This document shows, one piece after another, positions 44,185-52,584 of a stretch of DNA of 64,000 nt. The notes under the pieces were generated by a model. That model did not search any database and had not been told where the DNA came from. It saw nothing but the letters and a program-made list of their open reading frames with translations. A program made the translations under genes and the position numbers. The stretch comes from Candidatus Poseidoniales archaeon (GTDB lineage Archaea; Thermoplasmatota; Poseidoniia; Poseidoniales; Poseidoniaceae), in NCBI GenBank assembly GCA_003602645.1, contig QQSI01000040.1, forward strand, positions 4,152 through 68,151, read 5' to 3'. The number at the start of each line of letters is the position of its first letter. Position 1 is the first letter of the stretch.

Positions 44185-45182
44185 TCACCCTTGTACTGTG
44201 CGCCAATTGCGCTGTAAATTTGGAAGTTCTCAGAAGCAACAAAGGCATCGATGTCGGCTTCGGCCATGTTGCCAAGTTGGCCGTCAACGATGGTAAAGAA
44301 GGCCGTCCTCATTTCGTCACTGGAGTTTTGAGGATCACTTCCGACGGCTTCGTAGATTGCAAAATCTTCACTGCCCACGAACGTGGTGACGACCTCTTCC
44401 GGCAAATTTGATCCAAGGAGATCATCCACGATTGCGACAAAAGTGACAAACATGTCATCAGTTTGCTCTGTTTCGTTGGATATTGGTTGTGCAGTGGTCA
44501 CGTCAGCGGTGTCCCCAGCAATCATGGCTTGAAGTGATTTACGTTCGGCCATTAATGATTCCAAAACTGGACGAAGTTCTGCAAGAACTTGAGCGTCCCC
44601 GGCAACCTTTGCTGCTTGATATTCAGGTTTCAATGAACGCAATTCATCTTCAATCATGGTTAACTGACTTTGGAGTTCATTTTCAGCAGTCTCTGATTCA
44701 AGGAGTTCGACGACTGGAGCATCTCGAACCTCTGATATTTTCCCTTCATGTTCTTGCTTGCGTAAAACGATGATGTCCCTGTCGAGTGCATGACCAAATC
44801 GGTCGGCATATCGGTCCAATAGTGAACCAGCGTCCGCAGAGGAAATTCGATCAATGTGCCCATAAATTTGTGGGAGTGGTTTATCCGATCGCTTGGCCCA
44901 CAGGTCGCCATATTTGTCAGACACTGGAGTTTTAGGTGTTGCAGCGAGACTGTCATTGTTCCAAACTGAAGCCTCTGCAGGCACTGGAAGGGGTGCGTCT
45001 GGAAGCGGAAGGCTTGGTTCAGCAGCCGGTGCGGGTGGCAATGGAAGGGGGGGGTTGTCCGGAGAGGCGCCTGGCGGTGCTGGCAGAGGTGGCATACCGG
45101 GCAATGGCGGCAATGGTAGACCTGGTGTTGGTGCGGCTGGAGCCTTGTTTTTCTTGCCTTTCCTCAGACCCATGTGGTTCAC
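44181..45182 (-). CDS. Polyproline / coiled-coil / tandem-repeat protein, unknown function
   Basis: Residues about 8-75 are PPLP-type polyproline (PLPPLPGMPPLPAPPG...PPLPLPP). The middle is a heptad-like acidic helix region. The C-terminus carries two copies of an approximately 45-aa repeat (..FVTFVAIVDDLLG....TFVGSEDFAIYEAVG / ..TAFFTIVDGQLG....AFVASENFQIYSAIG). Confidence 0.55.
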   Translation of the reverse strand: MNHMGLRKGKKNKAPAAPTPGLPLPPLPGMPPLPAPPGASPDNPPLPLPPAPAAEPSLPLPDAPLPVPAEASVWNNDSLAATPKTPVSDKYGDLWAKRSDKPLPQIYGHIDRISSADAGSLLDRYADRFGHALDRDIIVLRKQEHEGKISEVRDAPVVELLESETAENELQSQLTMIEDELRSLKPEYQAAKVAGDAQVLAELRPVLESLMAERKSLQAMIAGDTADVTTAQPISNETEQTDDMFVTFVAIVDDLLGSNLPEEVVTTFVGSEDFAIYEAVGSDPQNSSDEMRTAFFTIVDGQLGNMAEADIDAFVASENFQIYSAIGAQYKGE

Positions 45183-45269
45183 CCCTAAACCTGTGGATGG
45201 TAGCGCGGTCTTGAACCTTACCTCAAGAAGTGGTGACGAAAAGCGTAGTTGTCAAACGAATTATTTTCG

Positions 45270-46472
45270 CTATGCGATGACTTTTGCCCAGCCTTTTAAC
45301 ACCAAAAATGTGGCGCCAGCTTCGTGAATTTCAAATTGGTCCCCAGCGGCTTTGGCATACATTGTATCGCCAAATTGTGCGATTGAATCATCCACCGTCA
45401 TTTCCACTGTTAGCTTGTCTTGAGTACTGAGTGCAAGTGCCTCGTGTAGAGGGGAATAAGGGTTTGAACCATCAGGATCCAACCTTGACAGTGGGAATTC
45501 ACACACCTTCATGCCCGACTTGCCATGAAGGGATGTAGGCCATCGAATTTGGCGTCGAACGTCGATGGTAACAACTTCATCTGTTTCTCCTGCAGAACCT
45601 AAGACCACAGAAGTATCGGTTTTAAGCAAATCGAGAAAGAGGGCTTGATGTTTGTCGAGGACTCCAAAATTTCCATCCCTCAGACGAGAAGCACGGTCAG
45701 GATGATTGACAATAGATGCGAGCTGCTCGATGGATGTAGGGCCCTTTGTTGATTTTCGACCTTCGCGTTGAGATTGTGACTTTAACCCTTCATGAAGTGT
45801 TTTTATCACCTTTTTATGGCCCTCTTCTTTTTCTGCAATGCCTTGCAGTTTTTCGATCATGCCACCCATTCCGTCGCGGATCCTGCGCGTCCACCCCTCG
45901 CTTGAAAGATCATGATATCGAGCAAGTCCTCCTTTGACATCAACACCTTCACCTCTGATGTAAGACACCATTTCTCTACGAGCTTCAGAATCGAGGTGAA
46001 AGAGGGATGGGTCCCGATAGTGCAGGTGGAACCCTCTGTGACCAGAAAAGGTTACTTGCAAATATTTTTCTTGAAATCCAAATTCTGGTTCGAGAAAATC
46101 ATTCCATAACGACCATGCTTGTTCGTGGATCACCTCAAGCATACCCGGGAAATCCTTGTCGGTCACCCCTGGCAAGTGATCTCCATCTAAGTCGAAAATT
46201 AAGTCTGCGCCCAACCAATTTTTATCGGCCATTTTCATTTCAAATGGTCGCTCCCAATATGCGGTCGAATAGAAACAGGAATGCATGGCTCGGTCTGTCA
46301 AGAATTGACGAACACCTTGCATATCACTGAATCCCTTGTGGCGAATTGGAGGGGCTCCCCCGAATGGAATGAACATCCATTCCCTGGTTTTCAAGCGAGG
46401 AGGCGTCCAAAATTCTGAGCTCCGATAATACGCACCAAAACGATGTGCGAACCTTGCCCAACCAGTTGCCAA
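45270..46472 (-). CDS. priS: DNA primase small (catalytic) subunit PriS
   Basis: ADLIFDLDGDHL (catalytic DxD), SGHRGFHLHY and RIDVKRxxR-like VTIDVRRQIRWPTSLHGKSG are typical AEP primase motifs. Confidence 0.85.
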   Translation of the reverse strand: MATGWARFAHRFGAYYRSSEFWTPPRLKTREWMFIPFGGAPPIRHKGFSDMQGVRQFLTDRAMHSCFYSTAYWERPFEMKMADKNWLGADLIFDLDGDHLPGVTDKDFPGMLEVIHEQAWSLWNDFLEPEFGFQEKYLQVTFSGHRGFHLHYRDPSLFHLDSEARREMVSYIRGEGVDVKGGLARYHDLSSEGWTRRIRDGMGGMIEKLQGIAEKEEGHKKVIKTLHEGLKSQSQREGRKSTKGPTSIEQLASIVNHPDRASRLRDGNFGVLDKHQALFLDLLKTDTSVVLGSAGETDEVVTIDVRRQIRWPTSLHGKSGMKVCEFPLSRLDPDGSNPYSPLHEALALSTQDKLTVEMTVDDSIAQFGDTMYAKAAGDQFEIHEAGATFLVLKGWAKVIA

Positions 46473-46525
46473 TAAAGTCCCTCCAGTTCCCTGAAAGGAC
46501 GAAGGTTCTTGAACACTGAGGGCGG

Positions 46526-46735
46526 TTATTCGTTGGTCATCCAGAAGCGTTCTTCTGCTTCACCGACCGCGGTCGCGGTGTCAGCACCGGTTGTTTCGAC
46601 GTAGTGCTCCCAACACATGTAGAACTTACCAACGGCCATAGCGTTGCCAAAAGTGAGGCGAATGCCGCAGGACTCGCAACGAGGGCCAATTTCACCGTTT
46701 GGTGCTTGGGCGAGAGTGATGTGTTCGTGTGGCAT
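46526..46735 (-). CDS. Small CxxC...CxxH protein (69 aa), unknown function
   Basis: MPHEHITLAQAPNGEIGPRCESCGIRLTFGNAMAVGKFYMCWEHY... has a possible Zn site. Start set at ATG 46735; the track start at 46816 would overlap the upstream gene. Confidence 0.4.
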   Translation of the reverse strand: MPHEHITLAQAPNGEIGPRCESCGIRLTFGNAMAVGKFYMCWEHYVETTGADTATAVGEAEERFWMTNE

Positions 46736-46794
46736 TGCTGTCCCCTTGTTATGGCTGTGGGCGCTCAAGTCTTTGAACTTGAGCCTTGTTGGGA

Positions 46795-47277
46795 TTACCA
46801 ACTGGTCTCTTCCCATTGGGGTGATTTACACCATTGGAGCAAATCGAGAGCGACCTCGCAAGATTCTGCAACTTCTGGATTTGGATCGTTGAGGTGGGCT
46901 TTGAGCACCGGCAAGACGCTCAGATCACCAATCGCTCCCATTGCTTCGGCCGCTTCGTGTCGGACCATGACATGCTCCTTATCGTCGCTGAGCCTTTCAA
47001 TGAGAGTAGGGAGGGCGGTTGGGTTTTGCATTTGACCAAGGACATAGGCGAGTTCATGACGCAGCAAAGCACTGCTTGAAAAAAATGCACTACACAATGC
47101 TAGGCAAGCTTCGTCCGACCCGTCGTTGCGAAGGGAGAACACTGTTCGCATTCGCTGAAACATTGGTGCGTTTTCATCCATTAAAAGAGCAGACCACTCT
47201 TTGAGTGTACCCACATTCTGTGGAGGGGCGGGGTCAACCGAACCATATTGGCTCACTCCAGGTGCCCGTTCAGTCAT
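46795..47277 (-). CDS. Deoxyhypusine hydroxylase (DOHH)-like HEAT-repeat protein, half length
   Basis: SVDPAPP, MFQRMRTVFSLRN, SALLRHELAYVLGQMQ, VMVRHEAAEAMGAIG and VAESCEVALD are collinear with the C-terminal half of eukaryotic DOHH. Two His-Glu pairs are present. The ORF opens immediately after the upstream stop (GTG 47289; ATG 47277). Confidence 0.75.
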   Translation of the reverse strand: MTERAPGVSQYGSVDPAPPQNVGTLKEWSALLMDENAPMFQRMRTVFSLRNDGSDEACLALCSAFFSSSALLRHELAYVLGQMQNPTALPTLIERLSDDKEHVMVRHEAAEAMGAIGDLSVLPVLKAHLNDPNPEVAESCEVALDLLQWCKSPQWEETSW

Positions 47278-47289
47278 ACACCTCACCAC

Positions 47290-48210
47290 TCAGGACTCAT
47301 CGGAGCCAATAAATTGCATGTCTCCGGGCTTGAACGCTGGATCAATGAGTCCGATTTCTTGGCCTTCTGTGATAAATTGCCGGATGGAAGCGCGTCCTTC
47401 TTTCTTGTAATCGATGGTGCGGTCATTGACGTACATGCTCACAAATTCCTTATTGGTGTCATCATCAATGCCTCTGCCCCACTTTTTGGCAAATTCAAGT
47501 GCTTCAGCAGGTGATTTCAGAGCATACTCAATGCTCATTTTGGTGTACTTAGTGATGTCTTCCATTGCTTGTGCTCCAAGATCTCGACGGACGACATTGC
47601 CTCCAAGCGGCATAGGCCAACCGCCGGTTCGTTCGTTCCACCAAACACCAAGATCAATATGCACGTGAAGGTCGTGATCAACATAGGTCAGTTGGCCTTC
47701 GTGAATGATGAGACCACTCAAGTAGGTTCCATCGAGGATGCGTGGGATGATTTCATCGAAGGGAACAACGGCAACTTCGCAGTCACCCCATGCCAGACGC
47801 AGCCCCATGTAGGCACTTGTTTTGAGGCCAGGGACGGCGATGATGTTGCTTCGGACATCTGATTCGCTTGCGCCCTGCATTGAAACAACCATTGGACCAT
47901 ACCCCTCACCCATCGAGGCACCACAATTCATCAAAGCATAATTCTCGGAAATTTCTGGGAATGCGTGGATGGAGACTGCTGAAACTTCAAGGTCGCAATT
48001 CATTGCGCGGTGGTTGAGTGTTTCGATGTCTTGCAGTTCGTGTACGAAGTGGTAGCCAGGAGTTGGAAAGGCACCAGTGGTCATTGCGTGGAACATAAAG
48101 GCGTCATCTGGGTCCGGAGAGTGTCCGATTCGAACAATTTTGTTGCCGTCTTCATCAAGGGGTAATTGAGCCACCATGATGCCTCGACTGGCGCGCCCTT
48201 GATGAACCAA
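47290..48210 (-). CDS. MqnA/MqnD-family protein (MqnD-like, futalosine menaquinone pathway)
   Basis: VRIGHSPDPDDAFMFHAM, ELQDIETLN, EVSAVSIHAF, Y.LMNCGASMGEGYGPMVV and GLIIHEGQLTY fit the MqnD/VitK2-biosynthesis periplasmic-binding-fold pattern. Start may be the internal ATG 48177. Confidence 0.7.
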   Translation of the reverse strand: MVHQGRASRGIMVAQLPLDEDGNKIVRIGHSPDPDDAFMFHAMTTGAFPTPGYHFVHELQDIETLNHRAMNCDLEVSAVSIHAFPEISENYALMNCGASMGEGYGPMVVSMQGASESDVRSNIIAVPGLKTSAYMGLRLAWGDCEVAVVPFDEIIPRILDGTYLSGLIIHEGQLTYVDHDLHVHIDLGVWWNERTGGWPMPLGGNVVRRDLGAQAMEDITKYTKMSIEYALKSPAEALEFAKKWGRGIDDDTNKEFVSMYVNDRTIDYKKEGRASIRQFITEGQEIGLIDPAFKPGDMQFIGSDES

Positions 48211-48345
48211 CCGCTAATTTTTCCTGATTTCTTCTTTTCCTGCATTGGTGATGCATTCACCGATTTGTTTTCAGTGTTGATTGATTCATCTGGGTCCAAG
48301 GGGAGTCGTGGTTTGGGCGTCAAGGCAACTGGTTGCATTGCATTT

Positions 48346-50514
48346 ATGCTGTTGGTGATGCTCTCCACGCCAGTGGCCTCGAGCGCGTCAACCATTTCGT
48401 TCACAGGCACCACGACCGTTGAAACCACCGACGGATCCTCGGCCTTAGCTATTGATTCGGACATGAACTACCTCGCAAGCGGTTACGATGACCACATGGC
48501 CATCATGTGGTTGGATAATCTATCGCTGATTGATATCATTGAAGTGGATCGACCCGTGGAATCACTGGAGTTTTCACCGGATGGCTCTCTCTTGGCTATT
48601 GCCATATCAGGGTCGGAAACAAAGGAGGACACCATTCAATTATTTGATGTCGAATCCATGACTCTGAGCCAAAAGCAACAATCGGCTAACGCTCGCCCAG
48701 TGGACATTGCCTGGTCGCCAGATGGGTTGCTACTTGCGGTTCCAAACGCGAATAATGGTATTGATTTAATCCGTATTTCTGATATGGAAATAGAGCGGAG
48801 TTTGACTGGCGAACACAATACAGACGTGACTTGTATTGGATTCACAAGCAACGGTGGGCATGTTATCAGCGGTGATGAATCGGGGCGAATGGTGATGTGG
48901 AACGTCGATGGTACTCCGACAGCAAAAAAATGGGAGTTTGGAAATGAACTCAAAACATGTTCTTTTGACCCAACCGACACACGCATCGCATCGCTTACGG
49001 TCGACGGTGCATTGAACACGCTTTCTTTTTCCGGTGGTGATTTACAAAGCGCTCAATTTACCTCAGGAGGTGGCTTGAGTTGGTCGTATGAAGGGACCTA
49101 CATACATTTGACAGAAAATGGCGATGCTCCACGATTGCTGACATTGGATGCCTCCACATTTGAACAAGTGGAATCGACCTACATGGCTCACCAAGTGTTG
49201 GATATTGCCACGATCGAAAATCAATACGGTTTGGTTCAAGAATTCTATGCAGCAACCAACACCCTCCATTTGGCGAGGTATGGTAGCCATGCTGTCCCCG
49301 AAGGAATGGGGGTTGCTGGAGCAGACCTCGATGGTGATGGCATACCGGATTCACTCGACGATGATGATGACGGTGATGCGATCTTTGATCAATGGGATAC
49401 GTATTGCGGTGAGGTTGAAACAGATTGTGCACGCTCCCCCCATGAAGACCACATTCGTTCGGTTTCGATTCAATTGAACGCCACACATATGACGATTAAT
49501 GACAGGATCAAATTGGACATCGTCCTATCCTCTTCAATCAGAAATATGTCGAGAATTTCTATTATTGAGGATGCTCAGCTCAGTGGGAGCGAAACCGAAT
49601 TGTTTGCCCAATCCGTTTGTGCTAACCATGATGAGAGCAGAATCCTTGAACAATGGAAAGATACACTGATGCTTTCAGAAGGCCAATTGGAAGGTGGAAT
49701 AGTAACCTGTGCCGTCAGCGAAGGCATGACGCTCAGAGCACAAAATGATTTCAAAACTCACATCGGTGTTGAATACACGATTTCGTTCAACCTTTCCTCT
49801 GCACCGATTTTCCCGTTCACAGTTGCATTCGAAGAGCAACCTATCGCCACTGATGCCTCATTATCCCATCTTGCAGAAATGCATCCTATTCATGTGACGC
49901 TTTCTGCAAAGGGAGCGAATGATGTCGAATTGTCTCCATGGTGGACCACAGAATCTCCTTTGGAACTCACTTTGGAGGAACGCGTGGTCAAAGAACCAAC
50001 CTTGACACAGAAAGGAGTGGATTTATTCGCGAATTATCCAATTCTTTTTGTCTTCGTTCTTGCCTTCCTTGCTGGAGGCATCGTGCTCGTATTGAGGACA
50101 AAAAACACAATGGGTATGGATCTCAACATCTTTGACGAAGAGGATGATGAGCCGAGTCGCGATGAAGACGAGGATGAATCAAGCACCTCAATCGAAGAGG
50201 AAGCTTCACTTGAAGTCCCTCTTGCCGAGCCGGAACAAGCAAAACCCGTCGAATCAAAAACGAATGTAAGGGACACAACGACCGACCATCCAGTTCAGAC
50301 CAAAAAACGCAGGAAAGTGAGCCAACGCACCTCCAGAGAGGGCCCGATTACAACAGTGAAGAGAAAGCGCTTGGATGGTGGAGAAGAACCTCCTGTTCAG
50401 AAAAGAGCAACCAGCAAAAAGCGAATTGTCAAACCCAACACGTCGACAAAGCGGAAGACAAGAAGGGTCGTAACTCAATCCGACAAAGAAGAAGACACTT
50501 CACCAGGCGAATGA
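48346..50514 (+). CDS. Anchored surface protein with WD40-like beta-propeller repeats and an Asp-rich Ca-binding-type motif
   Basis: Signal-like MLLVMLSTPVASSAS. The start is uncertain: the track ATG 48166 overlaps the convergent... divergent gene on the other strand, and TTG 48313 is possible. WD-like repeats (SLEFSPDGSLLA, DIAWSPDGLLLA, CIGFTSNGGHVISGDESGRMVMWN). DLDGDGIPDSLDDDDDGDAIFDQWD. C-terminal TM PILFVFVLAFLAGGIVLVL, then an acidic and a Lys/Arg-rich tail. Confidence 0.7.
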   Translation: MLLVMLSTPVASSASTISFTGTTTVETTDGSSALAIDSDMNYLASGYDDHMAIMWLDNLSLIDIIEVDRPVESLEFSPDGSLLAIAISGSETKEDTIQLFDVESMTLSQKQQSANARPVDIAWSPDGLLLAVPNANNGIDLIRISDMEIERSLTGEHNTDVTCIGFTSNGGHVISGDESGRMVMWNVDGTPTAKKWEFGNELKTCSFDPTDTRIASLTVDGALNTLSFSGGDLQSAQFTSGGGLSWSYEGTYIHLTENGDAPRLLTLDASTFEQVESTYMAHQVLDIATIENQYGLVQEFYAATNTLHLARYGSHAVPEGMGVAGADLDGDGIPDSLDDDDDGDAIFDQWDTYCGEVETDCARSPHEDHIRSVSIQLNATHMTINDRIKLDIVLSSSIRNMSRISIIEDAQLSGSETELFAQSVCANHDESRILEQWKDTLMLSEGQLEGGIVTCAVSEGMTLRAQNDFKTHIGVEYTISFNLSSAPIFPFTVAFEEQPIATDASLSHLAEMHPIHVTLSAKGANDVELSPWWTTESPLELTLEERVVKEPTLTQKGVDLFANYPILFVFVLAFLAGGIVLVLRTKNTMGMDLNIFDEEDDEPSRDEDEDESSTSIEEEASLEVPLAEPEQAKPVESKTNVRDTTTDHPVQTKKRRKVSQRTSREGPITTVKRKRLDGGEEPPVQKRATSKKRIVKPNTSTKRKTRRVVTQSDKEEDTSPGE

Positions 50515-51306
50515 TGAGCCTTCTGTGAGATCGCAAGCATCGACCAAGAACTGTTCTAGCCCTTGTATGTGTTCTGGGTCCAACCGATTGAAAACTTCAC
50601 CAAAGTATCGATCCAATCGATCGTATTTGAGGTCTGATTTCGACATTGACCACTCGATAACTTCCTTCCTTGTTTTTGGGTCGGATTCAAAATGTGAAAG
50701 GCGATGAAGCAAAGCTTCCTGTGCGGCTTGCACATCCTCTATTGGGGTGTCTCTTCTGGCTGCAAAAACTCCGAAAACCATTGGTTTTTGCGTTCGATTG
50801 AGCCATGCTTGTCCAAGATCGAGTTGAACTCGTTCTGGTTGTTTCTTGGCTTCTTCCAAGGCACGGTCTCCAATGAGAAGGGCACCATCGCATTCGGAGA
50901 GCATGGTGTCCAAATCTGGGCCCATCAACTGTGTTTTTGGTTCCAAACGCTCTTGTTTTAGAATGTACTTCAGTAGAGCAACAGACGTCATCGAATCTGT
51001 GGGTAATGCGATGCTTTGCATTTTTGCCAACGGCAGATCACCGAACAGCAAAACGCTACCAACTTCCCCTTTGCTGCAGATCCCTATTTCTGGAACCAGA
51101 ACAAGTTTGTCGGCATGTCGGGCGTAATCTGCTGCTGGAATGGGGGCAAGGACACAATCCTTTCTCAGGAGGTGTCCGGTGAGCCATGAAGGGGGAGCGG
51201 GTAGAACTTCCCATTCATCATCGAGGCCGTAAAAAAGTGGGTCGCAATTTAGGAAAGCAACGCGGCCGATGATGCGCTTCCACCGAGGGGTTTGAGCCAC
51301 TTGCAT
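50500..51306 (-). CDS. mqnA: Chorismate dehydratase MqnA-like
   Basis: RVAFLNCDPLFYGL, APIPAADYA and ALLIGDRALE match the MqnA pattern (..YlN..P...gl). Confidence 0.7.
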   Translation of the reverse strand: MQVAQTPRWKRIIGRVAFLNCDPLFYGLDDEWEVLPAPPSWLTGHLLRKDCVLAPIPAADYARHADKLVLVPEIGICSKGEVGSVLLFGDLPLAKMQSIALPTDSMTSVALLKYILKQERLEPKTQLMGPDLDTMLSECDGALLIGDRALEEAKKQPERVQLDLGQAWLNRTQKPMVFGVFAARRDTPIEDVQAAQEALLHRLSHFESDPKTRKEVIEWSMSKSDLKYDRLDRYFGEVFNRLDPEHIQGLEQFLVDACDLTEGSSFAW

Positions 51307-51314
51307 CCGTCCAT

Positions 51315-52529
51315 CTACTCCTGTATAACTTGCAGTCTTTTTCGGCGCTTTGGCTCAGGCGCAACATAGATTTCAAATCGCTCATACGTCGTGTTTCTTT
51401 GAATTGGAACACACCCCGCATCTTTGATTAAGCGAGACAACTGAAATCGATCATGGTCCAACGGTGTTGTCGAACCTGCCAAATGCATGATTGATTCTTT
51501 TTGAACGGTCCCGTCAATATCATCAGCGCCAAATTGGAGGGCAAGTTCAGCGAGTTCATCACCAATGTTCATTCTGTAAGCTTTGATGTGGGGAATTGAA
51601 TGGAGCATAAGTCGAGATACTGCTATGGTTCTTAGGATTTCACTCCCTGTCGCAAGTTGCGCTTCAGGAAGGCGAGTGTCATCTGGAAGGAAGGGATAGG
51701 GCACAAAGCATTGAAATCCGCCGGTTTCTGAGGCAAGTTCGCGCAATGAAATCATGTGCTCCACTCGTTGTTGGAGTGTTTCAATGGTCCCAAAGAGCAT
51801 GGTGCAATTGGTTGGAAGCCCGATTTCGTGGGCAGATCTGTGGATGTCGAGGTATTCTTGGGAACTTTCTTTTCCGTTGCAGATAATGGCTCTCACATCA
51901 TCGTCGAGTATTTCCGCGCCCCCTCCAGGCAAAGACCCTAGGCCGGCGTCCTTCATTCGTTGGAGTGTCTCGGTGTACGAAAGGTTCGAAAGTTGGGAAA
52001 TATGTTTGATTTCAACAGCCGTCAATGCCTTGATCGTGATGTGAGGGAACTGTGCTTTTGTGGCACGGAAAAGTTGTTCATAATGTTCAATACCCCAATC
52101 TGGATGAAGGCCTCCTACTGAATGAACCTCATCCACAAATGGAGCATACTGGGCGAGATCTTCGAGGTAAGCGTCGATTTCCATAGCGTACGCATCCTGT
52201 GCCTTTTTGCTTCTTCGGAAAGCGCAGAATTTGCAGGCTAATACGCAGACATTGGTTTGGTTCACGTGGACATTGCTGTTGAAGAATGCCTTGTCATCAA
52301 AGCGCGCTGTCCGTACCTCATGCGCTAACCGCCCAACCTCACTGAGGTTTGGGTGATTGTAGAGGGTGAGACCGTCTTCCAATGAGAGGGATTCACCGCG
52401 AATCAATTTGTCTACCAAGGGTGAGAGAGGTTTGCTCCATTGGGAACTTTGTAGAAGTGAATCTGTCAGGCGTTGTTGCCAATCTTGGTTTGAACCAGCG
52501 TCAAACCGCGATGATGTCCATCCTGACAT
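51315..52529 (-). CDS. Radical SAM enzyme of the MqnC/MqnE (futalosine pathway) / CofH-like family
   Basis: NQTNVCVLACKFCAFRR (CxxxCxxC). The surrounding TIM-barrel strings (GGLHPDW, TAVEI, GLGSLPGGGAEI, NCTMLFG) are typical of MqnC/MqnE. Start set at ATG 52529 to avoid overlapping the ATPase. Confidence 0.7.
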   Translation of the reverse strand: MSGWTSSRFDAGSNQDWQQRLTDSLLQSSQWSKPLSPLVDKLIRGESLSLEDGLTLYNHPNLSEVGRLAHEVRTARFDDKAFFNSNVHVNQTNVCVLACKFCAFRRSKKAQDAYAMEIDAYLEDLAQYAPFVDEVHSVGGLHPDWGIEHYEQLFRATKAQFPHITIKALTAVEIKHISQLSNLSYTETLQRMKDAGLGSLPGGGAEILDDDVRAIICNGKESSQEYLDIHRSAHEIGLPTNCTMLFGTIETLQQRVEHMISLRELASETGGFQCFVPYPFLPDDTRLPEAQLATGSEILRTIAVSRLMLHSIPHIKAYRMNIGDELAELALQFGADDIDGTVQKESIMHLAGSTTPLDHDRFQLSRLIKDAGCVPIQRNTTYERFEIYVAPEPKRRKRLQVIQE

Positions 52530-52584
52530 ACATACCCCTATCACGATGCGTTCTTGAAGATGTGGATGAATCCATAGCGTAACA

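Noticed and set aside
44893-45327. A 144-aa Gly/Ala/Arg-rich plus-strand ORF (and 44936-45214)
   Set aside because: It is the reverse complement of the CCN-rich polyproline tract, which necessarily yields GGN-rich open frames. The minus-strand gene is supported by coupling to the downstream RDD-like gene.
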